Source: Bacteriovoracia bacterium (lineage in GTDB: Bacteria; Bdellovibrionota; UBA1018; CAIPTA01). Taken from it: 64,000 bases of DNA. Below the pieces are notes generated by a model. It saw only the letters and a list, made by a program, of their open reading frames with translations. It did not search any database and was not told where the DNA came from. Location: assembly GCA_050246755.1 (NCBI GenBank), contig JBFWVL010000001.1, positions 1,120,001 through 1,184,000 on the forward strand, written 5' to 3'. Below, one piece after another: positions 29,010 to 39,348 of the stretch (positions within the stretch are counted from its first letter, which is position 1; the number at the start of each line of letters is the position of its first letter). A program made the position numbers and the translations under genes.

Positions 29010-29465
29010 TTACTTGTTTACCTTTCCGTTCGGGCTCATCGTAATCGCCTTAGGATTCTGTACAGCGTGTGGATGAGTGTCTCCCGTATAAATTTTCAAT
29101 TTCATCAGCTGACGACGAGCCAAGGTTTGGTTCTTCGGCAACATGCCTTTCACGGCCAAGCGAATGATTTCAGCCGGCTTGGTCTGAAGCATTTCTTTGG
29201 CGGTCTTGGTACGGATACCTTTCACGAAACCGGTGTGGCGGTGATATTTTTTCTGTTCCCACTTTTTGCCGGTGAGCTTTACCTTGTCGGCATTGAGCAC
29301 GATCACGTAATCGCCCGTGTCCAGGTGCGGAGAGTAAGCCGCTTTATGTTTACCCATGAGAAACATAGCGAGGTTGCTGCAAAAACGACCAACGGTTTGG
29401 TCTTTGGCATCAAACACGAGCCAGTCGCGGGAAATATCGTTTTTCTTCGTAAAATAAGTGCTCAT
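29010..29465 (-). CDS. rplM: 50S ribosomal protein L13
   Basis: WLVFDA, GKHKAAYSPHLDTGD, AVKGMLPKN, HPHAVQNP; start at MSTYF. Confidence 0.97.
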   Translation of the reverse strand: MSTYFTKKNDISRDWLVFDAKDQTVGRFCSNLAMFLMGKHKAAYSPHLDTGDYVIVLNADKVKLTGKKWEQKKYHRHTGFVKGIRTKTAKEMLQTKPAEIIRLAVKGMLPKNQTLARRQLMKLKIYTGDTHPHAVQNPKAITMSPNGKVNK

Positions 29466-29613
29466 AATTTTTCCTAATACTCTCGCGACAGAAAACCAAC
29501 GCGCAAGAATAGCCATTGGCGGCTAAGTTTCGAGAAGCCCTATAGATATGGCACGGGAGGCAGCAGGTCAAGGGCTTTCCCCAGTGTAAAATAATTACGA
29601 CTTTTTTAGTCCA

Positions 29614-32484
29614 CTAAAAAGCCCCGATGGAAAAGTGGATCTTGAAACGATCCAAATCGGCCGCGTTCTGGTTTAGGTCGTTGCCGGAAGCCGTGGTGGT
29701 ATCCCCCACCTTAGCGTTGTTCTGCAGACGCCAAGCAAAATCCAGTACCACTGGCCCCACGGGCGTCAAATAGCGCAGTCCGGCACCGGCCGAGCTCCGG
29801 AGTTGCTCTGGGGCAAAGGTAAATCGATCCACCATCAAGTTGCCTGCGTCGACGAATAGCGCCGAGCCCAAATTGCCCATCAGCGGAATCCGGAACTCGC
29901 CCCGGTAGTTCACCATGCCCAAGACTCCGGAAATAAAACGCCTGGTTTCCACCTCAACCGCATCCTCACGGTAACCACGCAAGGAGCCAATACCGCCAAG
30001 ACGGAAAAGTTTATACGCCGGAATAGGGCTCGGTTCAGTTTTACCGTTCTTCTCCACCACTGCGTTTGAACGCTCCCAGCCCAAATTCACCCCGCCGGCG
30101 AATACGATATCGTCTAAAATCTTGAAATAGGCCGAGTTGTAGCTGGTGGTCCGGTAGAAAGCCACATCGCGCTTGGAACCGAAATAGCTAGAGGCGATTT
30201 CGAAGCGGTTGACCGAGTTAAATCCCGAAGACGGGTTAAAGCGGTCGTTCCGCGAATCGACGATAAACCCCGGAGTGAGCGTACCGATGAAATCCGTGCG
30301 TTGATCCTCGATTGGGCGCTTATTAAGATCTACGTCTCGGATTTTAATCTGCTCGTAGCCGTATTCTAGGAACCCCGAAAGATATCGCGTGAGGTCTCGT
30401 CTTACCCCCATCGATAGCCTGCTCACGGTGGCGTTGAACGTGGAAAACTGGCGCCGCAATACATCGAGACCGGAAGTAAACGTCACCGGCCAGTTAGCCA
30501 AGTAGGGCTCCCGGAATCCAACCGTAAACTGATACTCCGGGAACTTATAATTCTCGAGCCGGCGGTTGAATACGGCGCTCGCATTCACGCTCCGGTTCCA
30601 CCCACCGAGATTTTGGTATCCCAGCTCGAAACCCAAACGCAGGCCCAGATCGTTTCTCAGGCCGGGAACGATGTCGAAACTGCCGGGGGTGGTTTCTTCG
30701 ATCAGGATGAGAATATCCTTCACGTTCTCGGTACCCGGGCGATCGATCGGGCGCACGATCACTTCGCCGAACAGATTCAGCTTACGTAAATTTTCTTCGG
30801 CTTCGTTGAGGAGAGGAGTGGTGAGCACATCCCCCCCCGTAAAAGGCAGCTCCCGGAGGACCACCCTGGCGTGAGTTTTCTTATTGCCCCGAACGATCAC
30901 TTCGCCCACCTGATAAATCGGCCCCTCTTCCACTTCCACATGGATGGAAACCTGGGAGTTATCTTTGCTGTAGCGAACGATGTTTTCCGACGCTTCATTT
31001 ATGATTTGCGCACCTAGATTTCCGAGTTCCTGGTAACGATCTTTTAAGGCGATCAAGCCGCGCTCAAAAGCGAAGATATCAAAAGGCTGGTTCTCTTTTA
31101 GCCCGAGCATTTCCACCACTTCTTGCTCCTGCAGCGAGCGCACACCAGATATTTTAATACTCTGTACCTTGGTCTGGATTCCCTCGCTGAAAAGCAGGGA
31201 TACGTTTACTTTCGTGCGCTTTTCGTTGAAATCGAATTTTACGTATTCAATTTTCGCGGAGAGAAAGCCGAGGGATTTTAAATACTCCGCAAAAAGCTCC
31301 GCCGCGCGGTTGATGCCGCTCTCGTGAAAGTAGCCGCGTTGCACGAGGCGGGTGCCAAGCGATTCTAGTTTTTTCCGGGCGTCAGCCTGAGAAAGGGAAT
31401 AGACCCCCTCCACGTTGAGGTTTTCTATCTCGATTTTGCCACCCTCGTTCACGATCAGGCTCACGTAGCGGATGCCGCGCGCCGAATCCTCGCGCACCAG
31501 CGAAGTAATTTGCGCGTTCGCGAAACCGATCTCTTTATAGGCCTCGAGCACGCGCCGACGCACGGCCACGAGATAGTCGCTGCCGGAAGCAACTTCCTTT
31601 ACTTCACTTACAAAGTTAAGGAGCTCGCGGTAGCTGAATTGCTTATTTCCCCGGAAACCGTAACGGATGCGCGGCCCATAATTGATATTAAGAAAAAGCC
31701 CCACTTTTCCCTCGGTGGAAACCCTGTACTCGAGCACCGGATCACGGGCGAGCAGAAAATCATGCTCCCGCAGCCAATCTTTTACCGCCTGTATCCCATC
31801 TAGCACCCGGTCGCGCTGGATGCGCTCGCCAACTTTGAGGGCAAAGCGCTCGCGAATATCGCGTTGGTAGCGTTCCCGCAAGGTTCTCAGCTCGATGGTG
31901 GTAAGCGGAGAAATGTCGAAACTATCGAGCAAAGTGGGCTCGCCCTCGGAGATAATGAATTTTAGATTTCGCGAGGCTTCGTCGAAAATATATTTTACTT
32001 CCGTAGCTAAATAACCTTGCTTGCTATAAAAGAGCACGATCTTCTGCACGGCGCCTTCCGCCACATCACGCTCAAATTCAAATCCGTCCTTGAGGTCGAT
32101 CGCGGGCAAAATCACATTTGAGGAAAAAGAGCTGTTTCCCTCAAAAAGAATCTCGGCGATGCGCAGCTTCTGCTTGGATTTGACCAATAATTTAACGCCG
32201 CCGCGAACGGGCGCTACATCGATGCCTAAAAATGATTCGCCGCCATTTTCATGGTACCAGAGAAGGATGGACCTCACCGCCGTGGGACTAAACTCTTTCC
32301 CGCGCAGCGCTTCTACGCGCGCGCGCACGCCATCGGGCAGCACGTCGCCATCGTAGACCACCTCCATCACGCGTTCTCCCCGGTAGGCGGCCACCGCCTG
32401 GCTGGCCTCTTCCGGCGAGGGAGAATTCGCCGCCCATAAAGGCGGAGAAACAAAAAGCGCTAAAAGCAAGAGCAGCCTCTTCAT
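29614..32484 (-). CDS. Omp85-family outer-membrane protein (BamA/TamA-like) with multiple POTRA domains
   Basis: Signal peptide, repeated POTRA-like units (I.F.GN..F..Y...GY), LGGIGSLRGY, GLRYLTPVGP, C-terminal F; coupled to tamB. Confidence 0.88.
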   Translation of the reverse strand: MKRLLLLLALFVSPPLWAANSPSPEEASQAVAAYRGERVMEVVYDGDVLPDGVRARVEALRGKEFSPTAVRSILLWYHENGGESFLGIDVAPVRGGVKLLVKSKQKLRIAEILFEGNSSFSSNVILPAIDLKDGFEFERDVAEGAVQKIVLFYSKQGYLATEVKYIFDEASRNLKFIISEGEPTLLDSFDISPLTTIELRTLRERYQRDIRERFALKVGERIQRDRVLDGIQAVKDWLREHDFLLARDPVLEYRVSTEGKVGLFLNINYGPRIRYGFRGNKQFSYRELLNFVSEVKEVASGSDYLVAVRRRVLEAYKEIGFANAQITSLVREDSARGIRYVSLIVNEGGKIEIENLNVEGVYSLSQADARKKLESLGTRLVQRGYFHESGINRAAELFAEYLKSLGFLSAKIEYVKFDFNEKRTKVNVSLLFSEGIQTKVQSIKISGVRSLQEQEVVEMLGLKENQPFDIFAFERGLIALKDRYQELGNLGAQIINEASENIVRYSKDNSQVSIHVEVEEGPIYQVGEVIVRGNKKTHARVVLRELPFTGGDVLTTPLLNEAEENLRKLNLFGEVIVRPIDRPGTENVKDILILIEETTPGSFDIVPGLRNDLGLRLGFELGYQNLGGWNRSVNASAVFNRRLENYKFPEYQFTVGFREPYLANWPVTFTSGLDVLRRQFSTFNATVSRLSMGVRRDLTRYLSGFLEYGYEQIKIRDVDLNKRPIEDQRTDFIGTLTPGFIVDSRNDRFNPSSGFNSVNRFEIASSYFGSKRDVAFYRTTSYNSAYFKILDDIVFAGGVNLGWERSNAVVEKNGKTEPSPIPAYKLFRLGGIGSLRGYREDAVEVETRRFISGVLGMVNYRGEFRIPLMGNLGSALFVDAGNLMVDRFTFAPEQLRSSAGAGLRYLTPVGPVVLDFAWRLQNNAKVGDTTTASGNDLNQNAADLDRFKIHFSIGAF

Positions 32485-35400
32485 CGGAAGCCCCACCGGA
32501 ATTTAAGGTCGCCGCCGTAGGAGTTTCTAACCTCGGTGGTGTCGAGTCCGGGCGTTTGCTCATACACCGCACTCACTGAGGCTTTGCGGCCCAAGCGATA
32601 TTCCAAGCGCGCATCCACGGACTGGCCTTGCGTGGCACCAACCGTTCCCCCGAAAGACGCTTCTAGATTCCGCAAAATCTGCGTCTGCACGTAAACTTTC
32701 GGAGCGGCCTGCCCGGTGGCGGTGTGAGGATGCACGATACTTTCCTCGGTATTTGTCACTGAGGGAGCAAGCTTCACGCGAAGGCCCTTCGATTGCAAAT
32801 TTTGATTTATCTGTAACTGATCGAGTAAAATGGATCCTACCTCGGAATAGGCAATATTATTCGTATCGGTGGCATTTAGCTTCTTGGTATCTTCTCCGCG
32901 ATAACCAAAAGCCAGCAGCGACACGATATCTTCCTGGGGAATCGATGGGTAGGACGAAAAGGTAATTTTGGGCTTATCGGTGGTGCCGCTAGCGAAAATA
33001 TTGATGCGATAATTATCTACGTTCGTGGTGCCGCCGATAGAGAATTGCGGATTAAAAATCTCCGGGCTGGGATTCCGGATGAGCGCGTGGTCGAGCGTGA
33101 AAGTAGAGCTGCGGAAAAGTAATTTTCCTCGCACCAACTCGGCTCGCACCACCATTTGCGGGTACTCGAAGTTATTCAGCAGCGTCAGCTCTCCGCGAAA
33201 CTCGGCGTTCAGTAAATCATTTTCTACGAATATGCCGCTGTCGGCCACTGCTCTAATTTTTGTTTCGTAGAAGGAGCGAGAACCTCCCATTTTTTCTGGC
33301 AGGTACCGCGCGTTCTTCAGGCCTTTCTGGCTGCCCACGCTGAAGTTATTTCGCATCATCACCCGCTTAACGTGCGCCGTGCCGCTGAAAAGATAAGGCG
33401 GATGCTCTCCCGTCAGACTGAGCTTTGCGTCGGCAAACTCGGCATAATTTACGGGATAGAATTTCAAGCGATTATTGGCGAGAAACAAATCGATATCGAA
33501 GCGCGGAGCCCGGCTCAAGTACAGATTCAGCCCGCCGGTCACCTGCACCGTGCCGCCGCCCAATTGCCCCTGCATGCCTTCCGCCGTTACTTTGGTGTCG
33601 GCAAACCGTAGCTTGCCTCGCAAGCCTTCCACAGGTGCGTCGAGGCCCATGAGCCGTAAGAATCCATCCTGAAAAGCAATGAAGCCTTGAAAATTGGCGT
33701 GTCCGCTGTCGCCGCGCAGCCCCAGATCCACTTCCATTTTTCCCCGGCCCTCCTCAATTAAGGGAGTGGCAAACTCGAGGAGCTTTAGGGAAACAGTACC
33801 CTTCACTTGGTTGTCTAAGCTGGACCCATCCACTTTCCCTTTCGCGCGGGCCACCAACTTGGAACCTTCCCCCTCCAGCCCGATGGGACCCGTCGCCACC
33901 AGGCCGTTTACCACTTTGATCTCCACGGGCGCCGGATTGCGAAGATAAAATCCGGCTTTGGAAAGCGTTATTTCCTGAAGCTGTCCTCCGCCATTCATCT
34001 CGGTCCAATTCCAGCCCTTCCAGGCAAACTTTCCGTCGGCCCGCAAGCGCAACGCGATAGATGGATCCGTGCAATTCGCTTTACTCAGCAGGCAGAGAAA
34101 ATAGTCGAAATTAGAATCACTTACTTTAAGTTCGGCCGTAGAATCATTGCGGGCGTTAGCGGCGATTTTTACGTTTAGTGAAATATCTTGCCCCACACTG
34201 GCGCGAATCACCGAATGATCCGCGTTCGTATCGTACTGAAAATCCACCTGCGGAAGCGGCTTCGTGCGCGCAAAAGCATTGGTCACCGCGAAGCGGGAAG
34301 TACTTTCAAGCGTTTCCCAACGCCCTTTTCCCTCACTATGGAACCGAAATAGGCCGTCTAGCGGAAGGCCCCATGCGGCCAGGAAGTCGAGATTCCTCAA
34401 CTTTCCGCGCTCAACGTCGAGCGAATAACGCATGTCCGCATCGATTTTATAATCGATATCTCCCTTAATTAGCGTTTCATATTTTTTGGCCGTCGCGTTG
34501 CGCGCATAAATCGTACCCTTCGTAAGGCCCGCTTGTGCATCAAATTCCTGCACCATCTCGCCCTTATAGGAAAGATTTCGGCCACGCACGCGGGCATCGA
34601 TTTCGAGAGTATTGAGCCCTCCGTCGTATCCACCACCCACTTTTACGCCCGCCGAGAGATCACCCGTCATTCCGTGAGGAATCCAGGAAATTTCCTTTAG
34701 CTGATGCGCGAAGATTGCGAAGAGGTCATCCGGACTGCCCTGCTCGAATACGGCAGCAAGTGAAATATCGTCGCCATCGCCCACGTTCACGCTTCCATTT
34801 ACGGAGTAACGGGCAGAACTTTTTTGTCCCTTAAGGTCAGAAATCGTTAAATAAGATTTTTTATCGTCGTAGGTGACTCGGCCATTTATTTCTCCGAAGT
34901 CAAAATTCAGGAATCGGGCATTTCTCTGACGTAAATCGAAATCCATTAGCACCGCTTTGCTGGGCCCATGCACATGCACTCGCACAGACCCTTCGCCGGC
35001 CACGGGAATTCCCGCGATATCACCAACCTCTTTCGTAAAATCCACCTGTTCGGAAGAGCCATACAAATCAAATCCGGCATCGGAAACACTGCCGCGAACA
35101 TCAAGCACGCCGCTGGGAAATACGAGCTTGCTTTCAGAAATCCGAACCTCACCCTGATCCTTGCGCCACTGTATGTTTCCATTCATCCGGAACGGCGCCA
35201 CTTTAAAGATCCGCTTGTACGGCCGCTTCTTATCAAAAACTTGGTTATTGAGCTCTAACTCACGCACCGCCAATTCCGGGCGTAAGCTGAGCGCGCTCAA
35301 TTTCGCTTTGCTGCCGGCAGCCAGGAACTCGAGCTTAATGCCTACCGTGCCGTCCGTCTCCAGCTTAAGGTTGTTCACGTCGTGACGAAGGTCTCCGGCG

Positions 35401-36530
35401 ACGTCTTGAAATTTCAAATTATTGAGAGTCAGCTGGATAACCTTCGTTTCCGGCCGAAAGGGCACCGATAGCTCCAGTTTATTTTTGAGCGCGATCCTTC
35501 CGCCGCCGGTTTGCGCTTCCAAAGAATCGAGAATGGCCAAACCGCCCCCGTAAGAACCCGCGGCCACTAATTTATCAATGTTCCAAAGCGAATAGTGAAA
35601 TTGACTGATCTCCACCTTCCCCTGGATGGCAGGATCTTTGATTTTTCCTACCACTTTGGCGTCCACGAGGACGTCCCCGTCGAAGGACGCCAGCTCCTTC
35701 TCGAAATCAGCCATCTCTTTTATCGATCCCCGCAAAATGATGTCGAGGTCGGGACGGAGCTCATTGGGATTGTCGATCGAGCCAACTAGTTTTCCCGCCG
35801 CGTGCATCACGGCATCTTTTCTTTGTACGTCCAGCGATGAGATCAAAATAAGATTCTTGCGCAAAAACGCTCCCACCTTGAGCGTCTTTAGATTTTCCTT
35901 CATTTTCGGCATCAAGATCTTGATCTCATCCAGATTGGCCACTAAGTCCGTACCTTCTTCGGATGGGGTCAAAGCGAGGTAGCCGATCTGTTTTATGAAG
36001 AGACGGGCCGGCTGATTCCCATCCATAAAGCCGAGATCGACCATTGTGTTGCGCAGCTCGAATTGACGTATATGAAGAAAAAATCCTTCGCCGATCTTTA
36101 CCTTGATCGGGCGATGTACGATTTCGCTAAGCTTATCGCCATTCGGCCCGCCCGAGCTTTTGGGCAGATCGAGACGCACTTCCGCGTCGCTTAAAAAAAC
36201 TTTATTGATCGAAATGCCGCTGCTAAATGCTTGGATCATCCGGAAGGTGAAACCTAAGCGGTCCGCCTTAAAGAGGGCATCCATTCCCAGGCCAAGCGCA
36301 TTTGCCGGCGAAAGAACTTTCACATCCACATTCAGAAGCGAAAGGCTGGGCGGAAGAACTCCGATTTTGAGACGATCGAAATTCAGCTCTACTCCCAAAT
36401 TACGTGCCACCCGCGACTGAATATTTTGCTTGGCTAAACGGGCAAAACTTTCAGACTGGATGTACAGCACGGCGATCGTGGTTACGGAAACCACCATCAG
36501 CATAAAAATCCAAAAAATCCGTTTACCCAT
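32481..36530 (-). CDS. tamB: Translocation/assembly module TamB (AsmA-like)
   Basis: 1349 aa, N-terminal TM anchor, glycine-rich beta repeats, C-terminal S.P..QEDIVSLLAFG motif; next to Omp85. Confidence 0.82.
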   Translation of the reverse strand: MGKRIFWIFMLMVVSVTTIAVLYIQSESFARLAKQNIQSRVARNLGVELNFDRLKIGVLPPSLSLLNVDVKVLSPANALGLGMDALFKADRLGFTFRMIQAFSSGISINKVFLSDAEVRLDLPKSSGGPNGDKLSEIVHRPIKVKIGEGFFLHIRQFELRNTMVDLGFMDGNQPARLFIKQIGYLALTPSEEGTDLVANLDEIKILMPKMKENLKTLKVGAFLRKNLILISSLDVQRKDAVMHAAGKLVGSIDNPNELRPDLDIILRGSIKEMADFEKELASFDGDVLVDAKVVGKIKDPAIQGKVEISQFHYSLWNIDKLVAAGSYGGGLAILDSLEAQTGGGRIALKNKLELSVPFRPETKVIQLTLNNLKFQDVAGDLRHDVNNLKLETDGTVGIKLEFLAAGSKAKLSALSLRPELAVRELELNNQVFDKKRPYKRIFKVAPFRMNGNIQWRKDQGEVRISESKLVFPSGVLDVRGSVSDAGFDLYGSSEQVDFTKEVGDIAGIPVAGEGSVRVHVHGPSKAVLMDFDLRQRNARFLNFDFGEINGRVTYDDKKSYLTISDLKGQKSSARYSVNGSVNVGDGDDISLAAVFEQGSPDDLFAIFAHQLKEISWIPHGMTGDLSAGVKVGGGYDGGLNTLEIDARVRGRNLSYKGEMVQEFDAQAGLTKGTIYARNATAKKYETLIKGDIDYKIDADMRYSLDVERGKLRNLDFLAAWGLPLDGLFRFHSEGKGRWETLESTSRFAVTNAFARTKPLPQVDFQYDTNADHSVIRASVGQDISLNVKIAANARNDSTAELKVSDSNFDYFLCLLSKANCTDPSIALRLRADGKFAWKGWNWTEMNGGGQLQEITLSKAGFYLRNPAPVEIKVVNGLVATGPIGLEGEGSKLVARAKGKVDGSSLDNQVKGTVSLKLLEFATPLIEEGRGKMEVDLGLRGDSGHANFQGFIAFQDGFLRLMGLDAPVEGLRGKLRFADTKVTAEGMQGQLGGGTVQVTGGLNLYLSRAPRFDIDLFLANNRLKFYPVNYAEFADAKLSLTGEHPPYLFSGTAHVKRVMMRNNFSVGSQKGLKNARYLPEKMGGSRSFYETKIRAVADSGIFVENDLLNAEFRGELTLLNNFEYPQMVVRAELVRGKLLFRSSTFTLDHALIRNPSPEIFNPQFSIGGTTNVDNYRINIFASGTTDKPKITFSSYPSIPQEDIVSLLAFGYRGEDTKKLNATDTNNIAYSEVGSILLDQLQINQNLQSKGLRVKLAPSVTNTEESIVHPHTATGQAAPKVYVQTQILRNLEASFGGTVGATQGQSVDARLEYRLGRKASVSAVYEQTPGLDTTEVRNSYGGDLKFRWGFR

Positions 36531-36533
36531 CTA

Positions 36534-39275
36534 CTACTCTTCCAACTTGTGGCGGATATTGCGGTAGTTGGAATCTAGCTCGGCTACTTTTTTAAAAAAT
36601 TCCTTGGAGCGATCGAGCTGGCTCATTTTTGCGAATAGTTCCCCTAGCGCGTAATAAATCTGAATTTTTTCCTGCTCCGATTTATCTGCATTTGCGCTCA
36701 GCTTCTTCAAAATGGAAGCCGCGCCCGCGTAGTCTTTACGGGAAAACTTAGAAACAGCGGCAAGGTAGTAAGCATCGAAGGAAAAATCCGGATAGTCAGC
36801 CACGACGCGAGAGAAAACCTTTTCCGCGGGGCGATAGAGCCCCATTTCGTGAAGGCCAATCCCAAAATCGATGATCGTGCGCGGGTCATTTTCGCGGAAT
36901 ATCTCTTCTAGCTTCGCATCAATGGAGCTTTCGATCTCCTCGCCAACTTCCGTTTTTTCTCCGATATCGAACTCTTTCTCGAGGCGCTCGAGAATGTCGC
37001 TGGAGCGCTCACGCCCCGTTTCATCGTTGGAAACGGCCTGATAGAGGCTCTCGGGTAACTCTAGCTTCCGTATATCACCCAGACGCTTCCTCACCACTTC
37101 GTCGCTCGCGCCAAGCACCTGGGCATGCCGCAGGGCTTTTCGGGCGAGATAGTAATTTCTTTTAGCGATGAAACGCTCCGCCTTACGCAGCATTACGGCC
37201 GGGTCCGAAGCCGCCGGCTCCTTCTTGGACTCTTGCGCAATTTCCTTGAAGAGATGCTGGGTAGCATTCACTTTAGGGGGCGCCAGTAAAATTCTGGTCG
37301 CGCCATCAAGTAAGTCATCTCCCATGTCCACACCTGGATCTGCTTCTGCAATGGCCTCAGTTGGGCCGCCTTCGGGAATCGGCATCAGCCCTTGGCTCGA
37401 ACTCCCCTCTCCCGGGAAAGGGGGCGCGTGCATAATTTGGGTGGCGCCATCCGCATCAGCCGCGGCTTCCGCCGGCTTAGGCTCTACGCCCGCATACCGT
37501 GATTTATCGATGACGGCGTTCGGCTGGCTATCGGACTGAGCCTGGATGATTTCCATTGGCGAAAAGATATCGGTCTCAACTCCGTTGAGATTCAAGTCAT
37601 GCCACGCGCCAGCCGGCGGTTCGATGGCCATGGTTCTGGATGGAAGAGTAGAAGAAGTTGGCTCGGCGGGAGGTGGCGGATCGATGATTTTCGTTTTTAC
37701 GTCATTGTAGTTCCCGGTGGCCCGGCTAGTAGCATCGATTATCTCCATCGGCGAGAAAATGACGGTTCGCTCACTATCGGCATTTAGCACGGGAGACTCG
37801 GCAGGCGCGTTCATATGCTCAAGCGGATTAAAGCCAGATTTTGGCGGAACCTCACTTTCGGGCGGGGGGCCTTCGGCAGAGGCATATTCCGAAAGCGGGG
37901 ACACCGTTGTGGCGGAAGTTCCCTGCATGGGTTCCGCCATAGTTTTTTCCGCGGGGGCGGAAAGTTGACCCACCATAGTGGCCTCATCGGCGATGGGAAT
38001 CCCCTCCACATCCTCCGGTGGACGAACTATGGTGGTTTCGGCCGGAGCAATCACCGCGGGGTCGGCGCTTTTTTTCTCCTCCGAGAGATGCTGGATCTCC
38101 AGATCACCATCGCCGCTTCCTAATTCAATCTCGGCCGGAGGAAGCTCGGGCCCATCCGCAAAGGACGATGCATGATCGGCACTCTCGACCTCAGGCGTGG
38201 GCGGCGGCTTGATAAAAGGCATGGTGATCGAAATTTGAGACGGAATTTTTTCTGGAGGCGCCCCTAGGCTCGGCTCTTGCTCCACCACCGGCGTGGGCGG
38301 GGTGGCCTGTTGCCCTCGCAATGCATCCACAAACTGCGAGGCATCCATGTGATCGCCGGTTTGCTCCACAAACGCAATCCATCCGTTTTTTTCCACGAAT
38401 GCATCCACCAACTGAGTAAGAGTGGAAATATCCTCCACCGATTTGTCCGCAGCTAGACGCTCCTTGAGAAGTCTAAAAACAAAGTAGGCCTCGTTTAGCC
38501 GCTCGCGTTCCGCAAGCACGCGGGCAAACAACAACAGGCCAAGGCAGAAATCGGGTTCACGCCGCAGACATTCGCGAAGAAAATGAAAAAAATCCTTAAA
38601 ACGTCCACGCCGGTAAGCGCTCCAGGCCGCCGCGTACGCGATTTTCGGATCACGTGGAAAGAACGCAACCAGCTTTTTAATTCCTTCGAACACCGGCTCG
38701 GAAAGCGCGGCGGGCTCTCCGCCCACGGAAAACTCCTCCGAGACAATTCCCGGCGGCCCGCAAAGGGCCACCAACAGGTGAACGAGCTTTTTCTCCGCCT
38801 GCGAAAGCAGCATTACCTCGAGCCAGGCCTGCTTGAGGATATCGTCTTTGCCATTTAGGCGAACGAGCATGGGTAAAATATTAGCGGCATCGAAGTACTT
38901 TTTTCGGCGCAAGTAGTATTGAAAAACGCTTTGGGCCTGCGTTTGCGCGTCGCCCACCTTGCCTACGCTCTCGCATTCTTGGGCAAAGCGGAGCTTCAGG
39001 GAAATGTCGTTCGGGGTCAGCTCAAGGGCCTGCTTATAAACGGCAATGGCCACTTGGGCTTTGCCCACTTCGCTCAAGCGGTTAGCGAGCGCGGTAAACG
39101 TGGCCGCTGCTTTTTCTTTGCTGCCCCCGGCAGCATAGGCATTGGCAAGTTTAGTGGTGGCCAATTGATTGGTCGGTTCGGCTTGAAGCGCAAACTTTAG
39201 CTTTTCGATAGCTTCGGGAAGCTTCCCCCGATCGAGGAGCTTGTCCGCTTCAGCGATGATCTTCTGGACAGACAT
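36534..39275 (-). CDS. Large TPR protein with central Pro/acidic disordered linker
   Basis: N- and C-terminal TPR arrays (ends LDSNYRNIRHKL) around a low-complexity linker of about 350 aa. Confidence 0.8.
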   Translation of the reverse strand: MSVQKIIAEADKLLDRGKLPEAIEKLKFALQAEPTNQLATTKLANAYAAGGSKEKAAATFTALANRLSEVGKAQVAIAVYKQALELTPNDISLKLRFAQECESVGKVGDAQTQAQSVFQYYLRRKKYFDAANILPMLVRLNGKDDILKQAWLEVMLLSQAEKKLVHLLVALCGPPGIVSEEFSVGGEPAALSEPVFEGIKKLVAFFPRDPKIAYAAAWSAYRRGRFKDFFHFLRECLRREPDFCLGLLLFARVLAERERLNEAYFVFRLLKERLAADKSVEDISTLTQLVDAFVEKNGWIAFVEQTGDHMDASQFVDALRGQQATPPTPVVEQEPSLGAPPEKIPSQISITMPFIKPPPTPEVESADHASSFADGPELPPAEIELGSGDGDLEIQHLSEEKKSADPAVIAPAETTIVRPPEDVEGIPIADEATMVGQLSAPAEKTMAEPMQGTSATTVSPLSEYASAEGPPPESEVPPKSGFNPLEHMNAPAESPVLNADSERTVIFSPMEIIDATSRATGNYNDVKTKIIDPPPPAEPTSSTLPSRTMAIEPPAGAWHDLNLNGVETDIFSPMEIIQAQSDSQPNAVIDKSRYAGVEPKPAEAAADADGATQIMHAPPFPGEGSSSQGLMPIPEGGPTEAIAEADPGVDMGDDLLDGATRILLAPPKVNATQHLFKEIAQESKKEPAASDPAVMLRKAERFIAKRNYYLARKALRHAQVLGASDEVVRKRLGDIRKLELPESLYQAVSNDETGRERSSDILERLEKEFDIGEKTEVGEEIESSIDAKLEEIFRENDPRTIIDFGIGLHEMGLYRPAEKVFSRVVADYPDFSFDAYYLAAVSKFSRKDYAGAASILKKLSANADKSEQEKIQIYYALGELFAKMSQLDRSKEFFKKVAELDSNYRNIRHKLEE

Positions 39276-39348
39276 GGGCCTCCTACCCGTTCATCTCCGT
39301 CAGCACTTTTTCCTCGTCGAAAAAGTGCGTTATCTACCCAGAATTATT

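Noticed and set aside
29549-29564. TGGCAC as a sigma54 site near rplM
   Set aside because: The -12 element is absent (GCAGC rather than TTGC) and it points away from rplM.
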